NCBI GenBank assembly: GCA_963782055.1
Contig: CAWAIF010000002.1
Coordinates: forward strand, 64,001-128,000
Direction: 5' to 3'
DNA length: 64,000 nt
Origin: an uncultured delta proteobacterium
GTDB lineage: Bacteria > Myxococcota_A > Polyangia > Polyangiales > Polyangiaceae
The translations under genes were made by a program, and so were the position numbers. The notes under the pieces were generated by a model that did not search any database, was not told the origin of the DNA, and saw nothing but the letters and a program-made list of their open reading frames with translations. This document shows, in pieces, positions 10,457-20,605 of this stretch. Within the stretch, counting starts at the first letter, position 1. Each line of letters opens with the position of its first letter.

Positions 10457-12058
10457 TGACCATCCAGCGCAGCGTGATGCTCTCCGGCTTCATGGCGACC
10501 GGGAAGAGCACCCTCGCGCCCCTCGTGGCGCACCGCCTCGGCGTTCCCTCGGTGGACACCGACGAGGCCATCGCCAGGCGCGCGGGCAAGTCCATCCCGG
10601 AGATTCTGGCGCTCCGAGGGCGAGGCCGCCTTCCGGTCCATGGAGCGCGAGCTGGTCGGGGAGCTGCTGGAGGACGGCAAGCCCCGCGTCGTCGCGCTGG
10701 GCGGGGGGACGCTCACGCTGCGCTCGCTGCGTCACCGCGTGCTCGACGCCGCGCTCCTGGTCACCCTCACCGCGTCGCCCGCGGAGACCATGCGCCGGCT
10801 CGGTCACCTCGGCTCGCGGCCCATGCTCGCCGGCCGGGATTCGTCGGGTCGCGTGCGCGAGCTGCTGGAGTCCCGGGCCGACGCCTACGCGGAGGCCCAC
10901 CTCACGCTGGACACCGAGGGCGTGGACCCGGAGGTCCTCGCCGACGCCGTCGTGGCGCTCGTGGACCGCGACCCGCTCCTCGTCCCGCTCGGCCGGCGCA
11001 CCTACACGGTGGACCTGGTGCGCGACGTTCCGGCCGCCCTCACCGACGCCCTCGCGCGGCTCGCCCCCTCCTCCGTCGTGGCGGTCACCGACACCTCCGT
11101 GCTGCGCGCGCGCGGCGCCAGCATGCACCGAGCACTGGAGCCGCTCGCCCTGCGTCACGTGGAGGTCACCCTCCCCGCCGGCGAGCCGCACAAGAACCTC
11201 ACCTCCGTGCAGATCCTCTGGGACGCGGCGCTCGGGGCGGAGGTCGATCGTGACACGGTGGTGCTGGCCTTCGGGGGCGGCGTGGTGGGAGATCTCGCCG
11301 GGTTCGCGGCGGCCACGCTCCTGCGCGGCGTGCGCTACGTCCAGGCGCCGACGACCCTGCTCGCCATGCTCGACGCGTCCGTCGGGGGCAAGACGGGCTT
11401 CGACCACCCCGCCGGAAAGAACCTGGTCGGCGCGTTCCACCAGCCCAGCGCCGTGGTGATCGACCTCGCGCACCTCGCCACGCTCCCCGCGCGGGAGACG
11501 CGCGCCGGCCTCGCCGAGGCGGTCAAGGTGGCGGTCGGCCTGGACGCCTCCCTGCTCGATCTGCTCGAGGCGCACGCGGAGGCGCTCGCCGCGGGCACCG
11601 CGCCGGTGCTCGCCGAGGTGGTCCGCGCCAGCGTCGCCGCCAAGGCCCGCGTCGTGCGTGACGACGAGCTCGATCGCGGCAGGCGCGCGGTGCTCAACCT
11701 GGGCCACACCGTCGGGCACGCGCTGGAGGCGCACGGCCGCTTCGCCGATCACCTCCACGGCGAGGCGGTGGCCGTCGGGCTGGTGGCGGAGATGCGCGCG
11801 TGCGCCGTGCTGGGCATGACGCCCGCCCCCCTCGCCGATCGCGTCGAGCGCATTCTTGGCCGCATGGGCCTCGAGACGTCGGTGGACGCCGCGACGCTGG
11901 AGAGCGCGTTTCGCTTCGTCGGCGCGGACAAGAAGCGCACCGCCGCCGGCGGGGCCCAGGTGATCGGCCTCCCGGTGGTGACCGGGCCCGGAACCTTCTC
12001 CGTGGCCAGGGTCGAATCGGGCGCTTTGCGCCGTGCGCTCGGCGTGGGTTCGGGCTAG
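10456..12058 (+). CDS. aroKB: Bifunctional shikimate kinase / 3-dehydroquinate synthase; apparent +1 frameshift at ~10604
   Basis: N-terminus LSGFMATGKST..DTD (AroK). Removing one T in GATTC (10602-10606) gives EIWRSEGEAAFRSMERE and joins ORF 10640..12058, which has GGGVVGDLAGF, DASVGGKTG and LNLGHTVGHALE (AroB). Confidence 0.92.
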
Positions 12059-12096
12059 ATTCGATGTTGGGAGGCGCCTGCCTTCCACCCGCTTTT

Positions 12097-12144
12097 TTGG
12101 CTCCTGCCGGGGCCTCGGCTACGCTGGCGTGGATGCTCGGGAGG
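12097..12144 (+). promoter_or_regulatory. Putative sigma70 promoter (TTGGCT-N17-TACGCT) and RBS (GGGAGG) of the 12153 lipoprotein gene
   Basis: -35 at 12097-12102, -10 at 12120-12125, GGGAGG at 12139-12144, ATG at 12153. Confidence 0.5.
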
Positions 12145-12152
12145 CAGCGCCG

Positions 12153-12908
12153 ATGAAACGGATTCTTGGCACGACGCTCGCGGTCCTCGTCGCTTCGCTC
12201 GTGGCGAGCTCGGCGTGCGTGGCAAACAACGGTTCCATCTTCGTGCGCGGGGTCCTCGCGCCCCCACAGACCTCGCAGGCCGGCGGCTGCGTCTACCAGG
12301 CGAACGCCGACGGTCCGTTCATCAGCGGCGGCGTCATGGACGTCTCGTTCACCAACGCCTACCAGGCGGAGCTGCTCGTCGGGAACCAGATGAACCAGCG
12401 CGGCAACTCCGACGAGTTCCGGGTGGAGACCAACCGCGTGCAGCTCCAGGGCTCGGTGGTGCGAGTGACCGACTCGTCCGGCGCCCAGCTCTCGACTTAC
12501 ACTGTAGTCGGCGGCGGCTTCGTCGACCCCGGCAGCGGCGGCTCGCCCAGCTATTCCACCTTCGGCACCACCCTCATCGACGAGAACACCGGTGCCCAGC
12601 TCGCCCAGAAGGGCATCGGCTACAACGATCTGGTCCGGCTGATCGCCTACGTGAAGGTGTTCGGTACCACCCTCGGCGGGCAGCACGTCGAGTCGGACGA
12701 GTTCGTCTTCCCGGTGAGCGTCTGCTACGGCTGCCTCGTCTCCTTCCCCTCCGGCTCCGACGACCCGAGCCTCGCGCAGCAGCCCAACTGCCTGGGCACG
12801 CCGAGCAGCTCGAGCGGCACCGTGACGCCCTGCATCTACGGCCAGGATCAGCCCATCGACTGCACGACATGCCAGGGAAACGCGGTGTGTGACCCGGCCA
12901 ATCGGTAG
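12153..12908 (+). CDS. Conserved-looking Cys-rich myxobacterial lipoprotein
   Basis: MKRILGTTLAVLVASLVASSAC lipoprotein signal; VCYGCLV and C-terminal CxxGQD..DCTTC..C motifs; strong codon bias. Confidence 0.85.
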   Translation: MKRILGTTLAVLVASLVASSACVANNGSIFVRGVLAPPQTSQAGGCVYQANADGPFISGGVMDVSFTNAYQAELLVGNQMNQRGNSDEFRVETNRVQLQGSVVRVTDSSGAQLSTYTVVGGGFVDPGSGGSPSYSTFGTTLIDENTGAQLAQKGIGYNDLVRLIAYVKVFGTTLGGQHVESDEFVFPVSVCYGCLVSFPSGSDDPSLAQQPNCLGTPSSSSGTVTPCIYGQDQPIDCTTCQGNAVCDPANR

Positions 12909-13506
12909 GGAGCCTGCGCTGCACATCGGCTGGCCCAGCCTGGAGCGCGGTGCCCGCCCGGCGCGGGCGTGGCTGGTCGCGGCTCTCACCTCGCTCGCCG
13001 CGACCTCCCCGGTCGCTGCCTGGGGTGCGCCCCAGATCAGCGCGGGCGTGGAGGTGGGCGGTGGTGCCACTGACCTGCGCACCGACCCGGCGGCTGCCTT
13101 CTGGCTCGGCGCTCGCGGCGACGTCCTCTTCCTCCGGCGGGGGGATCGCGACATGGCGCTCGGCCCGTACGTCGAGGTGCTGGGCCGCAACTTCGACGAC
13201 TTCGAGGCTGGCGGGGGGTTGAGCTGGCTCATCCCGCTCACCGACCAGGTTCCGCTGATTCTTTCCGCGGGCGCCCACGCCCGGGGCGGCGCGTTCGGCT
13301 GGGAGCCCGGCGTCGACGGCGGCTTCTTCATCGGCTCGCGCAGCTACGACTTCCACTCCATCTACGGCTACGCCATCGGGGTCTTCGTCCAGGGACGCTA
13401 CGGCCTCGGCGATGGCCAGCAGGCCGACGTGTGGGGCGGCCTCTACGTCGACGGAGAGATCCTCGCCCTTCCCTTCGTGCTCCTGTACGCCGGGATCTTC
13501 CAGTGA
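12889..13506 (+). CDS. Hypothetical exported protein, outer-membrane beta-barrel-like
   Basis: Hydrophobic signal ending in AWG/A; alternating Gly/aromatic beta-strands; start uncertain. Confidence 0.65.
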   Translation: MTRPIGREPALHIGWPSLERGARPARAWLVAALTSLAATSPVAAWGAPQISAGVEVGGGATDLRTDPAAAFWLGARGDVLFLRRGDRDMALGPYVEVLGRNFDDFEAGGGLSWLIPLTDQVPLILSAGAHARGGAFGWEPGVDGGFFIGSRSYDFHSIYGYAIGVFVQGRYGLGDGQQADVWGGLYVDGEILALPFVLLYAGIFQ

Positions 13507-13540
13507 GCGGGACCCCTCTTTTTGGTATGGTTCGGGCGCA

Positions 13541-13900
13541 ATGGACCGGCGAACCGTTCAGCTCCGCGTGGCAGGTCAGACGTACAAGGTCGTGAGCTCG
13601 GCGGACGAGGACGAGCTGCACCGCCTGGCGGGTTGCGTCGAGGACAAGGTCGGGGAGCTGGTGCCGAAGGGCAAGGCCGTGCCCCCGCAGGCCGTGCTGC
13701 TCGCGGCGATCGCGCTCGCGCACGATCTGGAAGAGGAGCGCGGCCGGCGGACCGCCCTGGAGCGCAAGACGCGGGACCTGCTCCGGCGCGTGCTGATGCG
13801 CATCGACGACGCCCTCGAGCCGGACACCGACGGCGAGCCCGATCCGGGCCCCGGTCCGGCGGCGCCCCCCGACGCCGGCGAGGCGCTGGTCCAGGAGTAG
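13541..13900 (+). CDS. zapA: Cell division protein ZapA
   Basis: VQLRVAGQTYKV...DELHRLA..VEDKV...AVLLAAIALAHDL followed by a coiled coil. Confidence 0.85.
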   Translation: MDRRTVQLRVAGQTYKVVSSADEDELHRLAGCVEDKVGELVPKGKAVPPQAVLLAAIALAHDLEEERGRRTALERKTRDLLRRVLMRIDDALEPDTDGEPDPGPGPAAPPDAGEALVQE

Positions 13901-13914
13901 TTTCACGTGAAACA
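13899..13914. other. parS centromere-like site
   Basis: AGTTTCACGTGAAACA, 15/16 match to the canonical TGTTTCACGTGAAACA; overlaps the zapA stop and the bioF GTG start. Confidence 0.85.
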
Positions 13915-15047
13915 GTCGGAGGCCCCCGCGGCCCTTTCGTACCTGGAGGCGGAGCTGGAGCAGCTTCGCGCGGGCGGGCGGTTGCGGGGCCGGCCGCCGG
14001 TCACCCCGCACGGCGCGGTCAGCTTCTGCTCCAACGACTACCTGGGCCTGGCCGCGGAGAGACTCCCCGCGGCGGCCGTGACAGCCTCCGGAGCGGGGGC
14101 CTCCCGCCTGCTCGGGGGTGAGCGGGAGGAGCACCGCCGCCTGGAGTCGAGGCTCGCCGCCTGGCTGGACGCCGGGGCGGCCCTCGCCTTCGTCAGCGGG
14201 TACGCCGCGAACCTGGGGGTCCTCTCGGCGCTGGCGGGCGAGGGGGATTCTGGTGGTCAGCGACGCTCTCAACCACGCCTCCATCATCGACGGGGCCCGG
14301 CTGGCGCGGGCGCGGGTCGCGGTGGTGCCCCACCTGGACGTGTCGGCCGTGGATGCCGCCTTGCGGAGGCGGACGGGGGGACGGGCGTTCGTGGTGATCG
14401 AGTCCTACTTCAGCATGGACGCCAACTCCCCCGACCTCCGGTCCCTGCGGGCCGTGTGCGACGAGCACGGGGCTGCGCTGGTGGTGGACGAGGCCCACGC
14501 GCTGGGGGTCCTCGGGCCGGAGGGGCGTGGCCTCTGCGCGGCCGCCGGGGTCCGGCCGGACGTCCTCATCGGCACCCTCGGGAAGGCGTTCGGCGCCGCC
14601 GGCGCGTTCGTGGCCGGTGCCCCTGTCCTGATCGACTGGCTCTGGAACCGCGCCCGCTCCTTCGTCTTCTCGACCGGCATGAGCCCGCTGCTGGCTGCCG
14701 CGGCGCTGCACAACCTGGAGCGCGCCTGCCGCGAGGCGGACCGCCGGGGCCGGGTGCTCGCGCACGCCGGGGCGCTCCGGGCCGCCCTGGCGGCGGAGGG
14801 GCTCGCCGTCGGGGGCCATGGCCACATCCTTCCGTGGGTGCTGGGGGACGAGGCGCGAGCGATGGAGGCCGCCGCGGCACTCCGCGAGCGCGGCGTCCAC
14901 GTCCTGGCCGTGCGACCCCCGACAGTGCCCGCGGGCTCCGCGCGCATCCGGATGACCGTCTCCGCCGCCCACGCCGAAGCAGATGTTGCCCGGGCGGCCG
15001 CCGCGGTGCGAGAGGTGGCCAGGTGCCTGGGTCCCTCGTCGTCGTGA
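13907..15047 (+). CDS. bioF: 8-amino-7-oxononanoate synthase; apparent +1 frameshift at ~14248
   Basis: SFCSNDYLGLA, GAGASRLLGG, SGYAANLG. Removing one T in GATTC (14246-14250) gives GDLVVSDALNHASIIDG, then VDEAHALG, GTLGKAFG (PLP lysine) and RPPTVP. Confidence 0.92.
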
Positions 15048-15688
15048 CCGGAGTGGGGACCGAGGTGGGCAAGACCCACCTCGCCTGCACCCTCCTGGTG
15101 GCCGCTCGCCACGCCGGGCTCCGGGTGGCGGGCTACAAGCCGGTGGAGAGCGGGGTGGGAGACGCGCCGACCGACCAGGACCGCCTGGACGCCGCCGCCC
15201 CGTTTCACGTGAAACGTCCCCGCCCGCGCCTCGCCCTTCGCGCCGCCGTGTCACCCCACCTGGCAGCCCGCCGCGAGGGCGTCCAGGTGAGCCTCCAGCC
15301 GGAGGTCGACTGGGCCCACACAGTGCGCCAGGAGGTGGACGTCCTGGTCGTGGAGCTGGCAGGCGGGCTCTTCTCCCCGCTGTCCGACACCGAGCGGAAC
15401 ATCGATCTGCTCTCCAGGCTGGACCCCACTCACACCGTGCTCGTCGCGCCGGACAGGCTTGGTGTGCTTCACGACGTGGAGGCGGTCCGGCGGGCGGCTC
15501 CGGGGATCTCGCTCGCTGCTGTGGTGCTGATGGCACCAGCGACGCCGGACACCTCTACCGGTTCCAACGCGGACGAGCTGGCTCGTCTCGGCCACGAGGG
15601 ACACATTGTCCCGCTCGGGCGGGGGACGCCGGATGAGCTGGCCTCTGCGGCAGGCGCGGCTGAGCTATACCGGATCCTCGGCTGGTGA
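15023..15688 (+). CDS. bioD: Dethiobiotin synthase
   Basis: VVTGVGTEVGKT, YKPVESG, SPHLAA, VVELAGGLFSPL, LGVLH. Confidence 0.9.
   Translation: MPGSLVVVTGVGTEVGKTHLACTLLVAARHAGLRVAGYKPVESGVGDAPTDQDRLDAAAPFHVKRPRPRLALRAAVSPHLAARREGVQVSLQPEVDWAHTVRQEVDVLVVELAGGLFSPLSDTERNIDLLSRLDPTHTVLVAPDRLGVLHDVEAVRRAAPGISLAAVVLMAPATPDTSTGSNADELARLGHEGHIVPLGRGTPDELASAAGAAELYRILGW
15201..15216. other. parS centromere-like site inside bioD
   Basis: Perfect palindrome CGTTTCACGTGAAACG with the same 14-bp core as the site at 13900-13913. Confidence 0.85.
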
Positions 15689-16303
15689 GAGCCGTCCCCG
15701 CGCCATTCGCATCCGACGGCCCCCCAGCACAGACGCAAACTTTGCGTCATGGGTGATGACGACGATGGTGCATCCCCGCCGGGCCTCTTCCCTCACCACC
15801 CCGACCAGCACCTCCACCCCCTGCGCGTCCAGCCCTGTCGACGGCTCATCCAGGAGCAGCAGGACCGGCTCATGCACGAGCGCACGCGCCAGGGCCACGC
15901 GCTGCCGCTGGCCGCGCGAGTACGTGCGGACGGGGCGGGTCGCGAACGCGCCCAGCCCGAACCGCTCCTGCGCACGCCGGAAAGCTTGCGGGGCGTCGCG
16001 GCCGTTGAGCCGCGCGGCGAGCTCCACGTTCTCGCGACCGGTGAGGTCCGCGTAGCAGAGCGCCGCATGGCCCACCCAGCCCATCCTGGCGCGGACCTGC
16101 TCCCGCGTCGCCCCGAGCTCGCCGTGCGACACCTTCCCCAGTGTCGGCCGGACCAGCGTCGCCACGATGCCGAGCAGGGTGCTCTTCCCCGAGCCGTTGG
16201 GGCCCTCCACCACCGTCACGCCCGGGTCGAAGCGCGCTGACACGTCGACCACGGCGCGCACGGCGCCGAAGATCTTCGTCACGCGATCGAGCTGCACGGC
16301 CAC
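15665..16303 (-). CDS. ccmA: ABC ATP-binding protein, heme exporter CcmA-like
   Basis: Walker A GPNGSGKST, LCYADLTGRENV, signature YSRGQRQR, Walker B LLLDEP; stand-alone 212-aa ATPase typical of CcmA (assignment is inference). Confidence 0.65.
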   Translation of the reverse strand: MAVQLDRVTKIFGAVRAVVDVSARFDPGVTVVEGPNGSGKSTLLGIVATLVRPTLGKVSHGELGATREQVRARMGWVGHAALCYADLTGRENVELAARLNGRDAPQAFRRAQERFGLGAFATRPVRTYSRGQRQRVALARALVHEPVLLLLDEPSTGLDAQGVEVLVGVVREEARRGCTIVVITHDAKFASVLGGRRMRMARGRLSPAEDPV

Positions 16304-16381
16304 CTTGCCCTTGTGCCCCGCCGCCGTTCGCGGCGCAATCCTTGGCTTCGACGCCCCCTGCCCCGCGCGCCCGCCCGGCTA

Positions 16382-16399
16382 CCGAGCCTTTCGGCTCGG
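16382..16399. other. Short inverted repeat in the divergent ccmA/moxR intergenic region
   Basis: CCGAGCC-TTTC-GGCTCGG, perfect 7-bp stem just upstream of the moxR -10 element. Confidence 0.5.
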
Positions 16400-16427
16400 G
16401 CCCAGTTTCCATGCTACGCTCGACCCC

Positions 16428-18401
16428 ATGACGGCTGCGGCCGCGGTTCGAAGCGAGGAGCTCCCGATTCTCCAAGACCTCCGGCGGGCCGTCGAAGGGG
16501 CCCTCGAAGGCAAGCAAGACGCCGTCGAGCTCGCGCTCGTCGCGCTCCTCGCACGCGGCCACCTGCTCATCGAGGACGTGCCCGGCGTCGGCAAGACGAC
16601 GCTCGCCAGGGCGCTCGCGCGGGCCGTCGGCGGCGACCTTCGCCGCGTCCAGTTCACCAGCGACCTGCTCCCGAGCGACGTGCTCGGCGTCTCCGTCTAC
16701 GACCAGCGCTCCGGCGAGTTCGTCCTCCGGCAGGGGCCGGTCTTCGCCAACGTCCTGCTGGCCGACGAGATCAACCGCGCGTCGCCGCGCACGCAGTCCG
16801 CCCTGCTCGAGGCCATGAACGAGGGACAGGTCTCCCTGGACGGCCAGACCATCCTGCTCCCCGACCCCTTCCTCGTCATCGCGACGCAGAACCCTCAGGA
16901 CTTCGCCGGCACCTTCCCCCTGCCGGAGTCGCAGCTCGATCGCTTCCTGCTCCGCATCCGCATCGGGTACGCGCCCCCGCAGGTGGAGATGCGTCTCATC
17001 CTGGAGGGCCACAACGACGCGGTGCAGGACGTGCCCGTGGTGCTCGACCCGGCGCGGCTGGTGGGGCTGCAACGCGACGTGGACCGCGTGGTGCTGGACG
17101 GCGCGCTGGGCAACTACCTGCAGGCGCTCGTGCTCGCCACGCGCTCGGCGCCCACCCTCTCCCTCGGCGCCTCCACGCGCGGCGCCATCTCCCTCGCCAA
17201 GGCGGCCCGCGCCCGCGCCCTGCTGCGCGGGCGGACCTTCTGCATCGCCGACGACATCCACGACCTCGCCCTCCCGGTCCTCTCGCACCGCGTGCGCCTC
17301 GCCTCGCACGCCGACGGCTTCGCGCCCACCCGCGACGAGGCGGAGGCCGCCGTCCGGGAGATCGTCGGCCGCGTCCCGGTGCCGATTTCGAGGTCGACCG
17401 CGCCGAAGGCCTCGTCCCTCTGGCGCCGCCTGCGACGAAGGCTGCGCGCGCCGCGGAAGCTGAAGTTCACCCGGGACGGGAAGTTCTTCGTGGGGATCAC
17501 GCTGGGCGTCGGCTTCGCCGCGCTCAACACGGCGAACAACCTGCTCTACCTGCTGCTCGGGATGCTGCTCGCGCTCATCGTCGTCAGCGGAGTGATGAGC
17601 GAGCTCTCCCTGCGTGATCTCACCGTGGTGCGGCGGCTGCCGCTGCGCGCGCAGGTCGGCCGCGCGCACCTGGTGGAGATCGAGGTCTTCAACCACAAGA
17701 AGCGCGTGCCCTCGTACGCCATCGAGGTGGAGGACCTGCGCGCCGGGCAGCCGGCCGACAAGCGCTGCTTCTTCCTCAAGATCAGCCCCAAGTCGGCGCA
17801 GGTCGCCGCGTACCGGCGCACGCCCGTGCGGCGCGGCAGGGACGTGCACGTCGGTTTCCGCATCGCCACGCGCTTCCCCTTCGGTCTCTTCGAGAAGTCG
17901 CGGGAGGTGCCCGCGGAGGGCGAGCTCATCATCTATCCCGCGGTGGACGACGTGCAGCTCCCGCCGGCCGGAGCGGGGCGCGCGCCCGGCACCGACGCCA
18001 TCCACGGGCGCGGCCGCGGAGAGGACTTCCTCGGCCTGCGCATCCTGCGCGACGGAGAAGATCCGCGCGACGTGCACTGGCGCAAGAGCGCGAGCCTGCA
18101 GCAGCTCGTCGCCCGGGAGCGCGCGCGGGAGGCGCGGCCGGACGTCAACCTGATGCTGGACAACGTCCGGCCCGCCGGCGCCGGCGAGGAGTGGGACCTC
18201 GCCTTCGAGCGGCGGATACGTGACGTGGCCTCGCGTGCCGTGGCGTACATCAAGCGGGGGGACTCGGTCACGGTGCGGTCCACCGGGGGGGCGGTCGCGC
18301 GCGGGGATCGCACGACCGGCGCCGACGCGCTGCTGCGCTTCCTCGCCCTGCTCGAGACGCTGCCCGCCGCGACCACCGCGCCGGCCAAGGAGGTCGCGTG
18401 A
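16428..18401 (+). CDS. MoxR family AAA+ ATPase fused in frame to DUF58 protein
   Basis: HLLIEDVPGVGKT, QFTSDLLPSD, LADEINRASPRTQSALLEAM, ATQNP, LDRF (MoxR, to ~17390). Then AALNTANNLLY, TRFPFGLF and GEDPRDVHWRKSA (DUF58). No stop codon between them. Confidence 0.88.
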   Translation: MTAAAAVRSEELPILQDLRRAVEGALEGKQDAVELALVALLARGHLLIEDVPGVGKTTLARALARAVGGDLRRVQFTSDLLPSDVLGVSVYDQRSGEFVLRQGPVFANVLLADEINRASPRTQSALLEAMNEGQVSLDGQTILLPDPFLVIATQNPQDFAGTFPLPESQLDRFLLRIRIGYAPPQVEMRLILEGHNDAVQDVPVVLDPARLVGLQRDVDRVVLDGALGNYLQALVLATRSAPTLSLGASTRGAISLAKAARARALLRGRTFCIADDIHDLALPVLSHRVRLASHADGFAPTRDEAEAAVREIVGRVPVPISRSTAPKASSLWRRLRRRLRAPRKLKFTRDGKFFVGITLGVGFAALNTANNLLYLLLGMLLALIVVSGVMSELSLRDLTVVRRLPLRAQVGRAHLVEIEVFNHKKRVPSYAIEVEDLRAGQPADKRCFFLKISPKSAQVAAYRRTPVRRGRDVHVGFRIATRFPFGLFEKSREVPAEGELIIYPAVDDVQLPPAGAGRAPGTDAIHGRGRGEDFLGLRILRDGEDPRDVHWRKSASLQQLVARERAREARPDVNLMLDNVRPAGAGEEWDLAFERRIRDVASRAVAYIKRGDSVTVRSTGGAVARGDRTTGADALLRFLALLETLPAATTAPAKEVA

Positions 18402-20605
18402 GGTTCGGGCTCGTCCACCGCGTGATGACCGACGCGCTCGCCGTCCTCGGCGTGCTCGCGGTCGTCAGCACGGCGGCGCTCGGGCCGTGGGTCAACGCGC
18501 TCCTTCTCCTGGGCATGGGCTTCGCGCTCGCCACGCCGGAGTCGTGGCAGAGCAAGCCCGTCTTCCACCACGCGGCGACGCTCGCCGCGGTGCTGCTCGT
18601 CGTGGTGCAGGGCGCGCGCCTGGTGGCGGGGCAGCCGCCCATCGACGTGATGGTGGAGCTCGCCGCGCTGCTGCAGGTCATCCGCGTCGCCTCACGCCGC
18701 GGCGCCGCGCACGACCACCAGATCATCGTCCTGTCCCTGCTGCACTTCGTGGCCGGGACCGTGCTGGGCGGTGGCCTCGCCTACGGCCTGTGCTTCCTCG
18801 GCTTCCTGATCGTCGCCCCCGGCGCGCTCGTGCTCTCGCACCTGCGTCGCGAGGTGGAGGGCAACTACCGGCAGGGCGCGCGCGATCGCACCGGCCTCCC
18901 GGTGGACGTGCCGCGCATCCTCCGGAGCCGCCGCGTCGTCGGACGCGGCTTCCTCGCCGCGACGTGCCTCATCTCGGTGCCGGTCATCGTCTTCACCGCG
19001 CTGCTCTTCGTGCTCTTCCCGCGCGTGGGCTTCTCCCTGCTCTCCATCACGCACCCGCACGGCGGCCGCCTCATCGGGTTCTCCGACCACGTGGACCTGA
19101 GCGAGGTCGGGATGCTGCGCGCCGACCCCTCCGTGGCGCTGCGCTTCGTGACGAAGGACGTGCCGGACCCGCCGCCACCGCTCCTGCCCATCCGGCTGCG
19201 CGGGACCGCGTTCGACTCCTACGACGGCCACGCGTGGGCGCGCACGCTCGCCGACCGCCACGCGGCCGAGCACGTGCCGGGGATGACCGACGAGTACGTC
19301 GTCGTGCGCTCGCCCAAGTCCACCGATCACAAGGTGACCTTCGACGTCGAGCCGATCGACCCGCCGGTGGTGTTCCTGCCTCCGCGCGCGGTCGCGCTGC
19401 ACATCAAGCCGCAGGCGCAGACGCTCATCGGCGACCCGCTCACCCTCCAGCGCGGACCGGAGGGAGAGCTGCGCTACGCCGGCGGGGACGGGCGCGGCAT
19501 CCGCTACGAGGTCTACGTCGCGCCGGAAGGGGAGGTGCTCCCCTCCGCGCTCTCCAGCCAGGACCGTGTGCGCTACCTGGCCTTGCCCGATCTGCCCGCG
19601 CGCATCGGCACGCTCGCCCACCGGTGGGCTGACGGAGAGCCGACGGAGGCCCTGAAGGCACACGCCATCCTCGTGCACCTCAGGCACGAGTACCGCTGGG
19701 ACAACAACTCCCCCTCCAACGGCAAGCCGCAGCCCATCGACGACTTTCTGTTCGTCTCGCACCGCGGGCACTGCGAGTTCTTCTCCACCGCGATGGCGCT
19801 CATGCTCCGCGAGGTGGGCATCCCCTCCCGCAACGTGACCGGCTTCGTGGGCGGCAGCTACAACCGATTCGGCCACTACTACGCCGTGCGCCAGCGCGAC
19901 GCGCACTCGTGGGTCGAGGCGTACATCACCGACGGCCCGCGCTCCGGCTGGCGCACCTTCGACCCGACGCCCGGCATCGGCGCGCGGCCGATGCGCGACG
20001 ACGGCGGGCCGTGGATCTACCTGCGGGACCTGATCGAGGCGCTCTCGCAGCGCTGGGAGAGCTACGTCGTCGGCTACGACCTGCCCACGCAGGTGCGCAT
20101 CATCGAGGCCCTGGGGCGCCGCTACGATCACCTGCGGGAGCGCGCAGGGCTCCGCCACGGAGCGTGGGGGAAGCTGACGCGCGGGCCCGTCGTCGCCGCC
20201 GCCGCCCTCGCGCTGATCCTCGCGGCGTACGCGTTCTGGCGCCGCCGAAGGCGCAAGCGCGGCGCGGGCGAGTCGGGGTCCAAGCCGGTGACGACGCGAG
20301 AGATGGCGCTCGCGGCGGCGATGTACCGCGCGCTGGAGGCCGCGCTCTCCGGCCACGGCCTCACCCGGCCGACGTCGCTTCCACCCCTACGGTTTGCCGA
20401 GGAGCTCTCCGCGCGGGCCCACCCGCTCGGGGAGGAGGTCGTCGAGCTCACGCGCATCTACCTCGACGCGCGCTTCGGGGGAGTGGTCCTCTCGGAGGAC
20501 GAGACGCGGACGTTCGACCGGCGAGTGCGCGCGGTGCGGGCGTGGAAGCCCGCACCCCTGCCGCCGAAGACGAGGGACGCTCAGCCGGAGAGCCTGGCGA
20601 GCTGA
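18398..20605 (+). CDS. Transglutaminase TgpA family membrane protein (DUF3488 + TGase + DUF4129-like)
   Basis: Multi-TM N-terminus, LFPRVG, GFSDHVDL, RGTAFDSYDG; catalytic motifs RGHCEFFS, DAHSWVE and FDPTP; GTGA overlap with DUF58. Confidence 0.9.
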   Translation: MRFGLVHRVMTDALAVLGVLAVVSTAALGPWVNALLLLGMGFALATPESWQSKPVFHHAATLAAVLLVVVQGARLVAGQPPIDVMVELAALLQVIRVASRRGAAHDHQIIVLSLLHFVAGTVLGGGLAYGLCFLGFLIVAPGALVLSHLRREVEGNYRQGARDRTGLPVDVPRILRSRRVVGRGFLAATCLISVPVIVFTALLFVLFPRVGFSLLSITHPHGGRLIGFSDHVDLSEVGMLRADPSVALRFVTKDVPDPPPPLLPIRLRGTAFDSYDGHAWARTLADRHAAEHVPGMTDEYVVVRSPKSTDHKVTFDVEPIDPPVVFLPPRAVALHIKPQAQTLIGDPLTLQRGPEGELRYAGGDGRGIRYEVYVAPEGEVLPSALSSQDRVRYLALPDLPARIGTLAHRWADGEPTEALKAHAILVHLRHEYRWDNNSPSNGKPQPIDDFLFVSHRGHCEFFSTAMALMLREVGIPSRNVTGFVGGSYNRFGHYYAVRQRDAHSWVEAYITDGPRSGWRTFDPTPGIGARPMRDDGGPWIYLRDLIEALSQRWESYVVGYDLPTQVRIIEALGRRYDHLRERAGLRHGAWGKLTRGPVVAAAALALILAAYAFWRRRRRKRGAGESGSKPVTTREMALAAAMYRALEAALSGHGLTRPTSLPPLRFAEELSARAHPLGEEVVELTRIYLDARFGGVVLSEDETRTFDRRVRAVRAWKPAPLPPKTRDAQPESLAS

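Noticed and set aside
12068..12098. Intrinsic terminator after aroB
   Set aside because: The 7-bp stem is separated from the T-run by 6 nt, and the T-run overlaps a good -35 element, so it is not called.
13900..13910. 6S RNA downstream of zapA
   Set aside because: Often found there in other bacteria, but only 6 nt separate zapA and bioF, and that space is occupied by parS.
13907..15688. BioF-BioD fusion suggested by the 593-aa ORF
   Set aside because: Artefact of the bioF frameshift; corrected bioF ends at 15047 and bioD starts at its own GTG at 15023.
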